A model generated the notes under the pieces. That model saw only the letters and a program-made list of their open reading frames with translations, was not told where the DNA came from and did not search any database. This document shows positions 28,706-42,136 of a DNA stretch of 64,000 bases, piece after piece. The stretch is from Piromyces finnis finn (taxonomy: Eukaryota > Fungi > Neocallimastigomycota). Location of the stretch: the NCBI GenBank assembly GCA_002104945.1, contig MCFH01000001.1, forward strand, positions 1,178,001-1,242,000, written 5' to 3'. A program made the position numbers and the translations under genes. How positions within the stretch are numbered: the first letter of the stretch is position 1; the number at the start of each line of letters is the position of its first letter.

Positions 28706-31700
28706 TGTTCAATTATATCGACATTAAATTTTCGGCTTCTATATATATTTAATATTATTAATATATATTTCATTTATTATATGTTAAAAATTTAATATAT
28801 TCATACTTACAAAATTTTATATAATATATGATGGATAAATAAATATGAGTAAATGAGTAAACGAATATATCAGAAAATTATTTCTTTATTTTGGTATCAA
28901 AGAATTTTTTCTTTGGAGATATTTTATATTTATATTTGAAATATTTTTATCTAAAGAAAATAACTATTCTTAAACATAAATAAAAACTATTATTCTCTTA
29001 TGTTATATAATAAAAATATCCCATATATTTTGAGTAGATTAATATTTTTTAATATTTATTATTTATTATTTTTATTATCTGTTATTGTTATTTCTTTGTT
29101 TTATTTTCTTATAATATTTTGGCAAAATATATATGTGAGAATTTCTTTTTGTTTTATTTGTTTTTTATTTTGATGTTTTCTTTTTTGTTAATTATATTTG
29201 AATTGCGTTACTATTTATATTTTCTAATAATTATGAATTTAATAATATATGATACTTTTTTTAATTTCGCATTAAAAAATCTATAAACAATAAATAAATT
29301 TTTTTTATATAAAAGGAATGTGTATCGAAAAAGAAAATACTTTTGTTTAAAGATTAATATAATCTTTTTTTTATAATTAAAAAAAATATATATGCATATA
29401 ATCTTTTTTAAACAATTATAAAACTTTCTTTTTTTATTGTTAAAAAATCATATAAAATAAATTACGTTTTAATATATAACATTTAAATATTAAAATATGA
29501 ACATTATTAAAAAATATTAATTAATAAAAATTTAAATTTTTTTTTTTTTTTTTAAATTTGTTTAAAAAAGTATTTCTTTTTATTTTGTTTATTTATTACT
29601 TTTTTTTTTTTTTTAAACTTTTCAAAGAAATAAATTAATAAAAGAAAAAGAAAAACTAGAAAAAAAAAATTTTTTTAAAAAAAGCAAACTACTTTTTATA
29701 AATATTTATATAAAAAAATATAAATATAAAAATTTCATTTTTTATATGAATTGATATTTTAAATAATATATGAAATATATGATAAATGATCATAAAATAA
29801 TTTTATATTACATAATATTTATTATATTCATTATATATTAAGATTTAATATATAATATATATAATATTATTGTTAATAACAAAAATATATTAAATAATAA
29901 GTATTATATACTAAATAATAAAAAAGAATGATTTGTTTCATATATTCAATATATATTCAATATATTAATTAATTGATAGTTTCATTTTTTTATTTATTAC
30001 TTATTAACATTTTAAAACTTTAATAATTATTAAAAAGTTAATATTTATATTAGAATTGAATATCTAATAAATTAAATTAATATATTAATAATTAATAAAA
30101 TGTTTTAAAATTTTAACTTTATAATTTTAAAAAAAATATTTTAAGGGACGACTTATAGATATATTATCATATATAAGTATATGTTGTTTTTTTAATCGTA
30201 CTACATTTAGTGATATATTAGATTTCACTCCCATCAATATTGTATACAAATAAAATTTTGTATTACATTACTTTTTAACTAATTGGATATCATTTTTACA
30301 TAAATAAAACTATTATATTTAATAAGAAATATATGGAAAATTGATTTAGTATCCTCAATTTAAAATTAGTATTTATATATATATAATATACTATTGGATC
30401 TTTCATTTATACTCTTTTTTAAAAAAAAATTATATTGTATAAACTCTATTTGCAATAATTAACATTAAAATATTATTTATTATAGGTCAACTCTAATATA
30501 TGAGTTTGTTAATATAAATGAATAGAATTGAATGGACCAAATATATATTAACACTATAAATAATTGATATAGTATTATAAGGATATTTAATGTTTCATAA
30601 TAGCTAAATAATTAAGTTTAATATAGCATAAATTATAGTATATAATAATATACTTTAGATAATATATTATTAAATTAAAAGTATTTTATTTTATATTATA
30701 TTATAAATTAAATCCAAATTTTAAAATTATACAAAATGAAAGATGATATTTTAAAGTTGAAAGAATTAATTATATTATGTGAAAATTTGAATTATAATAA
30801 TATATTATAATGTATTTTATAATAATTATATTGATATTGTACTACAATGCAAAATTAAATTTTTACTTGTTAAAATTATTAATATTAATATTTATATATC
30901 ATTATTATCATTATATAAATAAATAATAAAAATATAATATATTATTAAATATAATAAATAATAACATATATAATAAATTATAAATATTTATTTGATTTGA
31001 TTAATAAAAAAGAAAATGTAATATACAACTAAATTCCAATGTTTACTCTATTTTGAAAAGTGTTAATCTACCTTTAGTTATTTAGAGCGATTTTATCATG
31101 TTTGTAATTTGTTAATCTGAAAAAAAAGGAGCTTTATCATTTTATCTATGGATTGACACTAACATATTTTTGGATTATGTAATCCATCTTTTTTTTTTTA
31201 TGATAATATAATGCTATTAATTTATGCTATTAATTTGTATTTAATATTTGTGACAGTAACGAATAAAAATTAATCAATCCTATATTTGACAAAATTAGTC
31301 ATCATTCTTTTAGTAAACTAAAACAAAAAAAAAAAAAAAAGATGCACCGTAAAAAAAAGTTTTTAATGCATTAAAAATTAAAAATAATATAAATTTTGAT
31401 TTATATTATATTTTTTATTTATTTTGATTACATCTTAAAAACTTAATTTTTATAATAGTGATGTATAAAACATTACATTAAATAATGATGAAACAAATAA
31501 ACTTTTTATTTCCATTTCAAGTTATATTATACAAAATCAAATAAAGTTATTTAAATCATTCATTTTGGCTTTTAGCATTGATATAATAATCTATTCTATA
31601 TATAAAAGCAACACTTTCTAGAAATAATAAAATAAGAATTATATTAAATATATTTATATATACATTATTAAAATATTATGTCTTATTATTTGTATATACT

Positions 31701-34700
31701 GGATTACAAATTTACAAATGTATATGTAATAACATTTTTGAATAGTATATTAAAAATACATTAAATATCACTCTTGTAATAAGTAATAAATTTATTAATT
31801 ATTTGCGAAATTAAAAAGAGAAACAAATCTTAATTTAAATGCAACCAATAATATATGCATATTGGTAACGCTAAATATTAGATTGTACAACCAATAATAA
31901 TAAAATAAAATATTAAAAAGATTTACATTAAAAAAAAAAAACGCCGTTATTGATTTTATTTTGGGTTGTAGTAAATTTCCTTTTAATTTCATTTGTTAAA
32001 GTTTATTATAAATAAAAATCAACAATAACACAATTTTTACTCTTGTTTATAGTTTATAAAATACTTTAATTTTTTATATTTTAATAATAAGCACAAATAA
32101 AAAAAAAAGTTTAGGTTTTAAGGAGATTTCTATTTTTAGGTACAAGTAATAATTTAAAAAAGATTTTTAAATATAATTAAAAGTATACTTTACATTGACT
32201 TTTTAATCAAAGAAAAAATAAAATAGCCACTATAACTCTACGGAAAATAAATTAAACAAGTTTGTAAAAAAAAAAAAAAAAGGTAAATAAAAAAAATAAA
32301 ACTAAACTAATGTATAATAAATATAATAATGTTTACCACTTTAAAAAATTTTTTTTAATTTTTTTTTTGATAAACATTTTAATTTAAATTATAAAAATTT
32401 TTTATTTTTAATTTTAATACTTTCTATTACAAGAAATTTTTTGTTTTATATAATAAAATAATATGAAATAAAGTTATTTTAATTTATTTTAAAATTCCTC
32501 ACAAAAATTAAATTAAATCATTTAATCGTATTTAGTATTGTTAATAGTATTGATAAAACATATTTTGTGGATAATTCATTAGATATAATGCCCTACTTAA
32601 TTGGAACAATAAAAAAGAACACTTTGTAATATTGTAAGTATTAATTAATTAATTAAAAAAAAAAAGCTATTTAAGTAATGCTTTTATTAGTATAATTAAA
32701 AATCAATTTATAAAATATATTCTTGTTAAAGTAAATAATAAAAAAAAAAGTAATGATAATATTATTATAAAATCAAAATAGGGATAATCATAGTGTTACA
32801 ACTATTTTTTTTCAATTTATACTGTAATATGAAAACTATAAAGATTCAACCATAAATTACCTATTATTAATATTACTTTATTAAAGTATTAATAATGCAA
32901 AAAAAATTAAAATGATAAATTAAATTATTAATTAATATTTAAGTATTTAAACTGATAGATACTTTATATAAAACAATATTAAACTAATTTTAAAAAAATA
33001 AACATTTATATTGAATTAAAAATATAAAATATAAAATTAAAAATGAAATTTACAAAATAAAATATTATATTTAATTAGAATAAAAAAATAATGATAATAT
33101 TCTAATATAATAAAAAAAGAACAATTATAAATATATATCTTTCTCTATCAATAGACAAGTCTTCGTGACCTTTTAAAGGTACATATTCTTATTAAAAATA
33201 ATAAAACATAATTTCTTTTTATTTATTTACTGATTTATTCATCTATTCATTTATTTTTCATCAATAACTTTAATTTTGATTTAATAAACCTATTTTAGTA
33301 ATGATCTTTTATTTAATATAACAAACCAAACATTTAGTAAAATGCTAAACAAAAAACATGATGAATTAAGTGTTAAAGTTTTTATTAAATTAATTTTAAT
33401 TTATAATTCGGGATAAAAATATATATGAATTTGAACTTTATTACTAACTATTTATTCTAATACAATATTAATTTGATAAAAAGATGATCAGCTTTATTAA
33501 AATAAATTAAAAATGTTAATATTATTAATTTTAATTGCTGCTTTTTTTTTAAAAAACTTAGAATATTAAAATTTAATAATAATTAAAGTTTTATCATCAT
33601 TTCATAGTACTTAAAAGATCAAAATTAAATTTTTTTTAAAAAAAATTATAGGAATATATCGGAATGAATCCAATAATTTTTTTATTATTAAATAATCTTT
33701 TTTTAAAAAAATAATAAAATTAAAAAAAAAAAATTAATGACTATAGCCTTATAAGTAAAAAAAAAAAAAAAAAAATTAATTAAAAAATATTTATATATTC
33801 AATTTATAAATTGATATAATAAGATTTTATTATTTCTATTTATTTCATTAATTATATCAATATATTATTATATATTTTAATAATTTTATATTGTAATTAT
33901 TAATCCATTGTTGCCATTATGAACAGAGAATCTTTTTTTTACAAAGATTTTAAAATAAAATTATAATAATTATAATAAAAAAAAATAAATATTATTCATT
34001 TTCACATTTTCACTATGCTAATCAATGAAATCAATAAACTTGTAAAGTAAAAAAAAAACAGTTAATGATGATTAATTATTTAGAATAAAATAATAGTCAA
34101 AAAAAAATTATAAAAAAAATTATCTTTCATCTTTATGTTTCACTTAATCCCATTGAAATATCTATCATCTTAAAAAAATATATTACAGTATAATTCATGA
34201 TACTAAAATAAAATACATTTTAATTAGAAATATATACCTAATAATTCAATAGGTCACATTTTAATAATTAAAGAATATATATACATATAATTTAAATTTA
34301 AAACATAATATGGTAAAAGAAGAAGTATACCATTTTAAATAAAGTATATTATTAATTTATATTAAATCAAGTTTTTTTTTTAATTATTATTAAAAATAAT
34401 AATAAATAGTTTTATTATAAACAAATAGTTTAAAATGAGTGTGATTTATTATAATTGGAATTAATAAAAATAAATCATTTAAAAGGATTATGATATTATT
34501 ATTATTGTTGTTATTATTATTATTATTATTATTATAATGCTGATAATGATTAAAACTAGTAAGAAAAAAAAGGATTAAAAATGTTTATGGTAGCTTAATA
34601 ATACTAAATCAAATTTTAATACTTTTGAATTTTTTTATATTTTAAACGAATAAAATAATTCCATTTTAGGTCAACATTTAAATTTTAAAAATTAACAAAA

Positions 34701-35911
34701 TTATATTACTATGTTATCATTATTATTATTAAAAAAAAAAGCAGGTCCATTAAATAATGCTTATTTTCTAAAAATATTATAGGTAAAAAAAAATATTAAA
34801 AGGATGCATTTTTTTGCACAATAGTAATAAAATACTTATATACAATTTAAAAATATATAGTAGTAAAAATCCTTATGAATAAGGACAAATAATATATCAT
34901 AAAAATTTTTATCTCATGTCTTAATATCATAAACTTTATTATTTATAATTTTAAAAATATATAAATTAGTAACACCAATAGATTGTTTGTATTATTTAAT
35001 TTTATTTATTAAAATAAAAAAAAACACCTTTTTTATATGAATATTAAAAATATAAGGATATAAAACTTTAAATATTAATAAAATCAAAATTTTTAAATTT
35101 ATTATTTTTATAATAAATTAAATTCACAAATATTACAAAGAAATATATGATAATTTAATATAAATTAAAATTTTATAAAAAAAATAAAATAATTATTCCA
35201 AGTTGATAAATTTTTTTAATTAAATATTAACTTTATTTAATATAAAATAAGCAGTAATCTAATCAGATATTTATTATTTGATTTTTATGTAAAAAAAAAC
35301 CATACAAATTACTTAATAAATCTACAATAATATATTTAATAGTTTAATTTACTTTTGTTGTCATGATATATATAATATAAATTATATAAAATATAATAAT
35401 ACAATATAATATATTTTGAATAATTAACTTTTTTGTTAAAAAGTAATATCAAACCTTAAACCACATGAACATAATCATAATAATAATAGTAACGTTAATA
35501 GACCAACAAGAATATATATATATATATATATAATTTTAATTACATACTATTATTTTGTAATAATAAAAATTAGACATTATGGAATTATTACTAACAACAT
35601 ATTAACATACTATCATTATCAATTACCAATGAAGAAAAAACATATTTAAATTAATGCTTTATATGATATAACAAAAAAAAAAAAGTATATAATTTTATAT
35701 TTATATTTAAAGATTTAAACTATATTGTATTAATTCTTATATTTAATTGTTTAAATCACTTACTAACAAATCATTAAAATATATATTGCTTAAATCACAC
35801 TTAATAAATAATTCATACTTTTTTATTAACTATGACCAAAAAGAAAACTAGTGTTATTATGTTCATATTATAGTAACAATTGGTTTTACTACTAAATAGA
35901 ATTTATGTTGT

Positions 35912-35929
35912 ATTATTATTATTACTCTA

Positions 35930-35993
<64 letters not shown>

Positions 35994-36217
35994 TAATTAT
36001 TATTATTATTATTATTATTATGTTTATTATGTTTATTATTATTATGTTTATTATTATTATTATGTTTATTATGTTTATTATGTTTATTATTATTATGTTT
36101 ATTATTATTATTATGTTTATTATGTTTATTATGTTTATTATTATTATTATGTTTATTATGTTTATTATGTTTATTATTATTATGTTTATTATTATTATTA
36201 TGTTTATTATTGTTATG

Positions 36218-36249
<32 letters not shown>

Positions 36250-36255
36250 GTTTAC

Positions 36256-36300
<45 letters not shown>

Positions 36301-36340
36301 GTTTATGTTTATGTTTATGTTTATGTTTATGTTTATGTTT
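35912..36340. repeat. Long compound microsatellite (ATT)n/(ATGTTT)n
   Basis: Directly visible; the source of three overlapping low-complexity ORFs. Confidence 0.9.
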
Positions 36341-36449
36341 ATTATTATATAAGTACTATATTCATTTTATGTTTATGTTTATTATTATATAAGTACTATA
36401 TTCATTTTATGTTTATGTTTATTATTATATAAGTACTATATTCATTTTA
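36341..36449. repeat. 40-bp tandem repeat, ~2.7 copies (attattatataagtactatattcattttatgtttatgttt)
   Basis: Units start at 36341, 36381 and 36421. Confidence 0.9.
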
Positions 36450-37782
36450 AATAATAACTTTAAAATTTTTTTTCTATTATTATAGTTTATCATTAACAAG
36501 TCATACTATTAAATTTGTTTCAAATTAAGAATAAATGAATTATATAATAATAAATATAAAAATTTACATTATTATTATAATATTAATTTTATTTATAATA
36601 TATATTAATTTTAATCTATTTTTTATTAAAAAAAATGATATTTAGTCTATTTTCCTTAAAAATAAATTAAAAAAAATATAACCCTTAATTTAAAATATAT
36701 TAAAATATTAATGGATGGAGTACAAGCCATGTTTAAAAAAAAGATGATTTTTATGTAACAAAAGAATAAATTAAAAATAATTTATATTTAATTTAAGGAG
36801 ATGAGCTTTATATTTCAATGAATGGACCACTAACCTCAAATCAAAAATAAATTACATTACATCATAGACCTTTTAAAGTTATTTTTAGTAACAAGATCAT
36901 AATTCATTTTTTGCTTATTTCCTTAAGTTTTATAATTATTTTTATTATCATGATTTGTGATGTTAATTATAATAGCAAAAGGATGTAATTTTATTAGATT
37001 TTATTTATGTAAATATATGAAAATATTTATTAATTTTATATTTTTTTATACAAACCATATAATATTAATGTATATTTTCTTGAAATAACAATTTTGTTGC
37101 ACCAATATACTTTAGAGATTAAATGTACGATGTATGATTTGTTTAGATGTTAAGTTTTATGCATATATAAAAAACAATTGAAAACAAAATGCATAAATAT
37201 ATATATATTGCAACGGCAATACCTAATAGCTATTTAGAATTGACTTTTTTCCCCTTTCCCTTATATAACTTTCATATAATATGCCTTTTAGCGAATTATT
37301 CCTTTTGTAAAAAATTATATCATAACCCTTTATATTATTAAATCTAACCCAATAATAAAAATCTACATTTGTATATATATACAAAGTATATATGTATAAT
37401 GTATATAAAAAATCGGATTTTTATAAATAAATGAAAAATGATATAATAAAATATATTTGCATTATTTATTATAATTGAATATAATTATATATTTATTTAA
37501 TTATAAAAGTTGTTTTTTTTTTATTAATATCATTAAATGAATATTTTTATATATTTTGTATATGAAACAATTATTTTTCCTTTTTTATTTCTTATCTAAA
37601 ACAATCTTAATTTATACAAAAATTTTGTATTTTTTATGTTTCAAATTTCAAAAAAAGGAAAGAAAAAAATTACCAAAAAAAAAATTTTTTTTCAGCGTCA
37701 TATGAGACATTTCAAATAAAAATTTTGTTCTGTGGAAAGATAAATAAAAAAAGAAATTTTTATATTAAAATTAATTAGTATT

Positions 37783-37854
<72 letters not shown>

Positions 37855-38778
37855 TAATAAAATTATTATAATTTTATTTAATAAAGAGTAATTCATAGCA
37901 GAAAGGTTTATTGTATTACTTTAGCCTATTATTATTCAATAAATAAATAAAACTATATTACTGCATTATAGTATTATTAACTATTATTAACTATAGTTAA
38001 TTTATAATTAATTGTAATTTTTTATATTAAATTTAAAAAAATAAAGCTTTATATTAAGAATACTATAAAAATTTTTAAAGTTCTTTCTGTTAGTTACTTT
38101 TTTTTTTTAATTCGTAAATACTATTATTCTTTTTATTATAAAAAGCTTAAAAGTTTTACATATAGTATTATCTTTTAAAGATGTGATCCATTTAATTAAA
38201 AAAAAGTATAAAAATATTGATTTATTATTATTATTTTTAAAGTATAATTAAAACTATTTAATATTTGTTTTATTTCTCTTAACCTCACTTTATTTAAATA
38301 ATAATAATTAAGTTTACTGAACAATAAAAATAGTTATATTTAATTAATTATTTAGATCAATTATGAAAATATTTATTATTATTATTTTTACTATTGCGTG
38401 TTAATTAAAAGCCTAATAAATATACTTTACAGTTTTGGATGATATTCAAGTAAATAAAAGATATAAATTTTAGTAACAAAATTAGTATGAAAAAAAGTGG
38501 ATCTTTTATATTAATTAAAATATATAGTAACAAATATATATATATATTTTTGAATATTCTTTAATGTAAGGATTAAAGGCAGTAACAACAAAAACAATAG
38601 TGATTTAATATATATTTGTAAAAAGAAATAAAGTGGTAAAAAGAAAAAATATTTTTGGCAATTTTGTGTTTTATATATATATAATATAGTATAAGATTTA
38701 TAGACAGGATCAATATTAATAAAAACTTAGTATAATTTATTATTGAAATAATTAAAAAAAAAAAGATTTTATTTTTTT

Positions 38779-38903
38779 ATAATAGTGGGGAAATATATAA
38801 ATAAAAAAAAGACTTTATTTTTCTATAATAGTGGGGAAATATATAAATAAAAAAAAGACTTTATTTTTCTATAATAGTGGGGAAATATATAAATAAAAAA
38901 AAG
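38779..38903. repeat. 46-bp tandem repeat, ~2.7 copies (ataatagtggggaaatatataaataaaaaaaagactttatttttct)
   Basis: Units start at 38779, 38825 and 38871. Confidence 0.9.
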
Positions 38904-39237
38904 AAAAGTCATGAAATTATAAATATTATTATTATCATTCTACAATATTTTTTAGCATTCTTTGTATATAATAATAATTTATATTTTTTTTTATTTAATA
39001 ATTTTAATTTTTTAATTATTCCTTTTATATATAATTTAATAATTAAAAAAAATTCTGTATTTTATAGACAAACTAAAATTAATTTTTATTAATAATATTA
39101 TACAGCAGCAATAATAAAAACAATAGTAAAAATAATACTTAGTTTTTGAGGATAAAAAAAACTTTTTACATTTTGTGTATGCATTAATAATTATTATTGT
39201 TACTATTATTATCATTAGTATTAGTAATAGTAGTCTT

Positions 39238-39268
<31 letters not shown>

Positions 39269-39542
39269 TATTTAAATTAATTTAATTTAAACAATTGTAG
39301 GTAAAAAAAAAAAAAGAAATTAAAAAATAATAAATATGTTTTTATTATTATTATGCTTATTATGCTTATTATTGTTGTTGTGTCTATTTTAAAAATAAAT
39401 AGTTCTTAATATTATCTTTATTCTAATTTTTTTTTACTATTGTTATAGGAAAATTTTTCTTTAATGAAAACTTTGTTTTAGATTTAGTTGTTTATGGGAT
39501 GTTTTAATATAAAAGTTTTAATTATTTTATTAAATACAATAT

Positions 39543-39580
<38 letters not shown>

Positions 39581-39904
39581 TTATAATTATAGTTTATAAA
39601 TCTCTTCAAGTTTTTAATTATAATGAATTGTACAAGTGTATTTTTTTTTTTTTGTATCTATAAAAATGAAAATTCACATGCTAATAAAAGGTGTGTAATT
39701 AAATATTTTATTAATTTATATTAATTATTAATTAGAATTATTAAAAATGGTTGAAAATACCTAATCATCCATTCGAAAGTATATTCTATACACATTCTAT
39801 ACAAATAATAATTATTATTCTTTTTTCTTTTTTCTTTCCCCATTTCAACCCAAAAAACTATTATTCCAAAAAAAACTATATCAATTTTTATGAATATTCA
39901 AAAT

Positions 39905-39929
39905 GTAATAATAATAATAATAATAATTA

Positions 39930-40011
<82 letters not shown>

Positions 40012-40013
40012 TA

Positions 40014-40050
<37 letters not shown>

Positions 40051-40053
40051 TAG

Positions 40054-40095
<42 letters not shown>
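39905..40095. repeat. (AAT)n microsatellite with TAG interruptions, switching to (ATT)n; another (AAT)n at ~59811-59877
   Basis: Directly visible. Confidence 0.9.
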
Positions 40096-40096
<1 letters not shown>

Positions 40097-40800
40097 GTAA
40101 TGCATATTTTTAAATTATTAAAAAATTATAAAATGGAATTAGAATTTATTTTTTTTTTTTTTGAAAAAAAAAAAAAAAAAAAAAAAAGACCATATAGTAT
40201 TTTTACATAGAAATAGAATCATTTTGAAATTATAATCAATGTTGATTAAATACAAGTTATACTAGTTTTGAAGTAATACTAATAAAAATAAAGAATATTA
40301 TACTAATATTTATAATGGTTCATTAATAATATATTTATTAAAATTGTATTTTTTATTAGTGCATTAATAAATTATAAAAAAATAAAAAAATTACAAATTA
40401 TATATAGGTGGTCATGGTTTTATTATATATATATAAATGACAATATTCTAAATAATAATATCATTATGATTCAAGAAAGAAAATATAAAATTTAAATCTA
40501 TCAATTAAATATATATATTGATATTGTTTTAAAATAATCAATTCACAGAGATACTATTATTATTTATAAAGTTAAAAATTGTAATTATAAAAAGAAAAAA
40601 GTGTATATGTTATCATTTAGTATATTTTATATTTTATTTTTAATTTTTATTTATTATTATTTTATGTTACTAGTTGTGATTCTAACGAGAAATATGATTA
40701 TTCTATTGTTTATAATGTTAGTATTGCTATTTATTAGGTTGTATATTATTATATTTTGTTTTGTTTTGTTTTTTTTAAATAGAAAAATTAAGAGTAGTGC

Positions 40801-41793
40801 TTATTTCATTTCCAAGTTAGTTAACTTAGTTCTAAAACCATCATTTAAATAATATACAATTGGTGGAATGAGAATAAGAATGGACACTACTAAATTGACC
40901 TCCATAACAGCATAAATACATAATACTATTAATCCTGGGGTATTTAACATTTTACCAAAACGTTCGTCAATATAAATGATATGAATGGTATAGGTAGCGC
41001 AGACAGCACCTATAATACCTAAAAATATATGAGTAACTATATATTTCTTATAACGACGAACGAAATAACAAATAAACATAAAGGCTGGAATAATTTTTAG
41101 AGTAGCCATAATTAATTCTTTATATTCTAATTCATCTAATATATTATATTGGAAATAAACAAGATAGTATAGCCAGGCATAGAGAAGAGCAAATGGTATG
41201 GTAAATATGATACTTTGTAAAAAGTAGGGTGGTTCTTCCTCTACATATTTATTGTTTTATATGGGTGTTTTATAAAAATTCAAGATTTATAGTTGAATTT
41301 GTATGAAAGAATATAAAATAAAACGGGTTAGTTAACAACCGTATAAATAATTTATAAAATTATGTATCATTTATCCTATCAAACTTAATAATAATATAGT
41401 ATTTCTTATATAATATTATAAATGAATAATAGTAATAATTTATTTTAGCATTTTTTTAGAAAACTTTTTTTTTTATCATCTTTTTTAAATAGTCAAATTT
41501 ATTCATAACTTTTGTTGAAATCTATTCTATTTGCCGATATTTTACCAAATTAATTTTAAATTTTATAATAAAAAATAATAATAATAAAAATAAGCCATTT
41601 TTCTTAGACATTAAACTTAAAAAATACCTATATTTTCAGCAACTTCATCGGTTTCTCCATTTTCTTTTTGTTCTTTCATTTTAAGAAGTTTTTCTTTTTC
41701 ATCGGCAATTTGAATTAGAGGTTTTTGATTTGGGTTTTTTCTTTTTCTTAAATACTCTTCAAGAGCTGGATTTAATTTTTGAGAATCAGACAT
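40801..41793 (-). CDS. Uncharacterised ~201-aa membrane protein: charged N-terminus plus ~4 TM helices; 2 exons (41793-41628, 41240-40801)
   Basis: Exon 1 MSDSQKLNPALEEYLRKRKNPNQKPLIQIADE... splices in phase 1 (G|gtattt...tag|AG) to EEEPPYFLQSIIFTIPFALLYAWLYYLVYFQYN...IIPAFMFICYFV...GKMLNTPGLIVLCIYAVMEVNLVVSILILIPPIVYY. The ORF track shows only the last 102 aa. Confidence 0.75.
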
Positions 41794-42104
41794 TTTAATT
41801 TTTCTTTCTTTCTCCTTTTTTTTTTATTTTATTTCTTTTTATTTTATTTTTTGTATAAACAAAAGTATTAATAATTATTGATATTAACCAGCGGAGGAAG
41901 AAGTAACAAAATAGTTTGATATAAAATTTTTATTAATATATTTAATGGAAAATAAAAAAAAAAAAAAAGAAAAAAGTGTTACAAATTATATATAAAATTT
42001 GTATAGATTTATCGAAATTAAAATAAAATAATAATAATTATTATTATTACAATAATAAAAATATAATGATTATTTATATATTTTTATTTAAATTGTCATT
42101 ATTG

Positions 42105-42136
<32 letters not shown>

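Noticed and set aside
16073-40210. Poly-Ile/Tyr/Asn/Leu ORFs (16073, 16109, 22158, 25591, 35905, 36020, 36210, 39890; also 58255)
   Set aside because: Translations of microsatellites.
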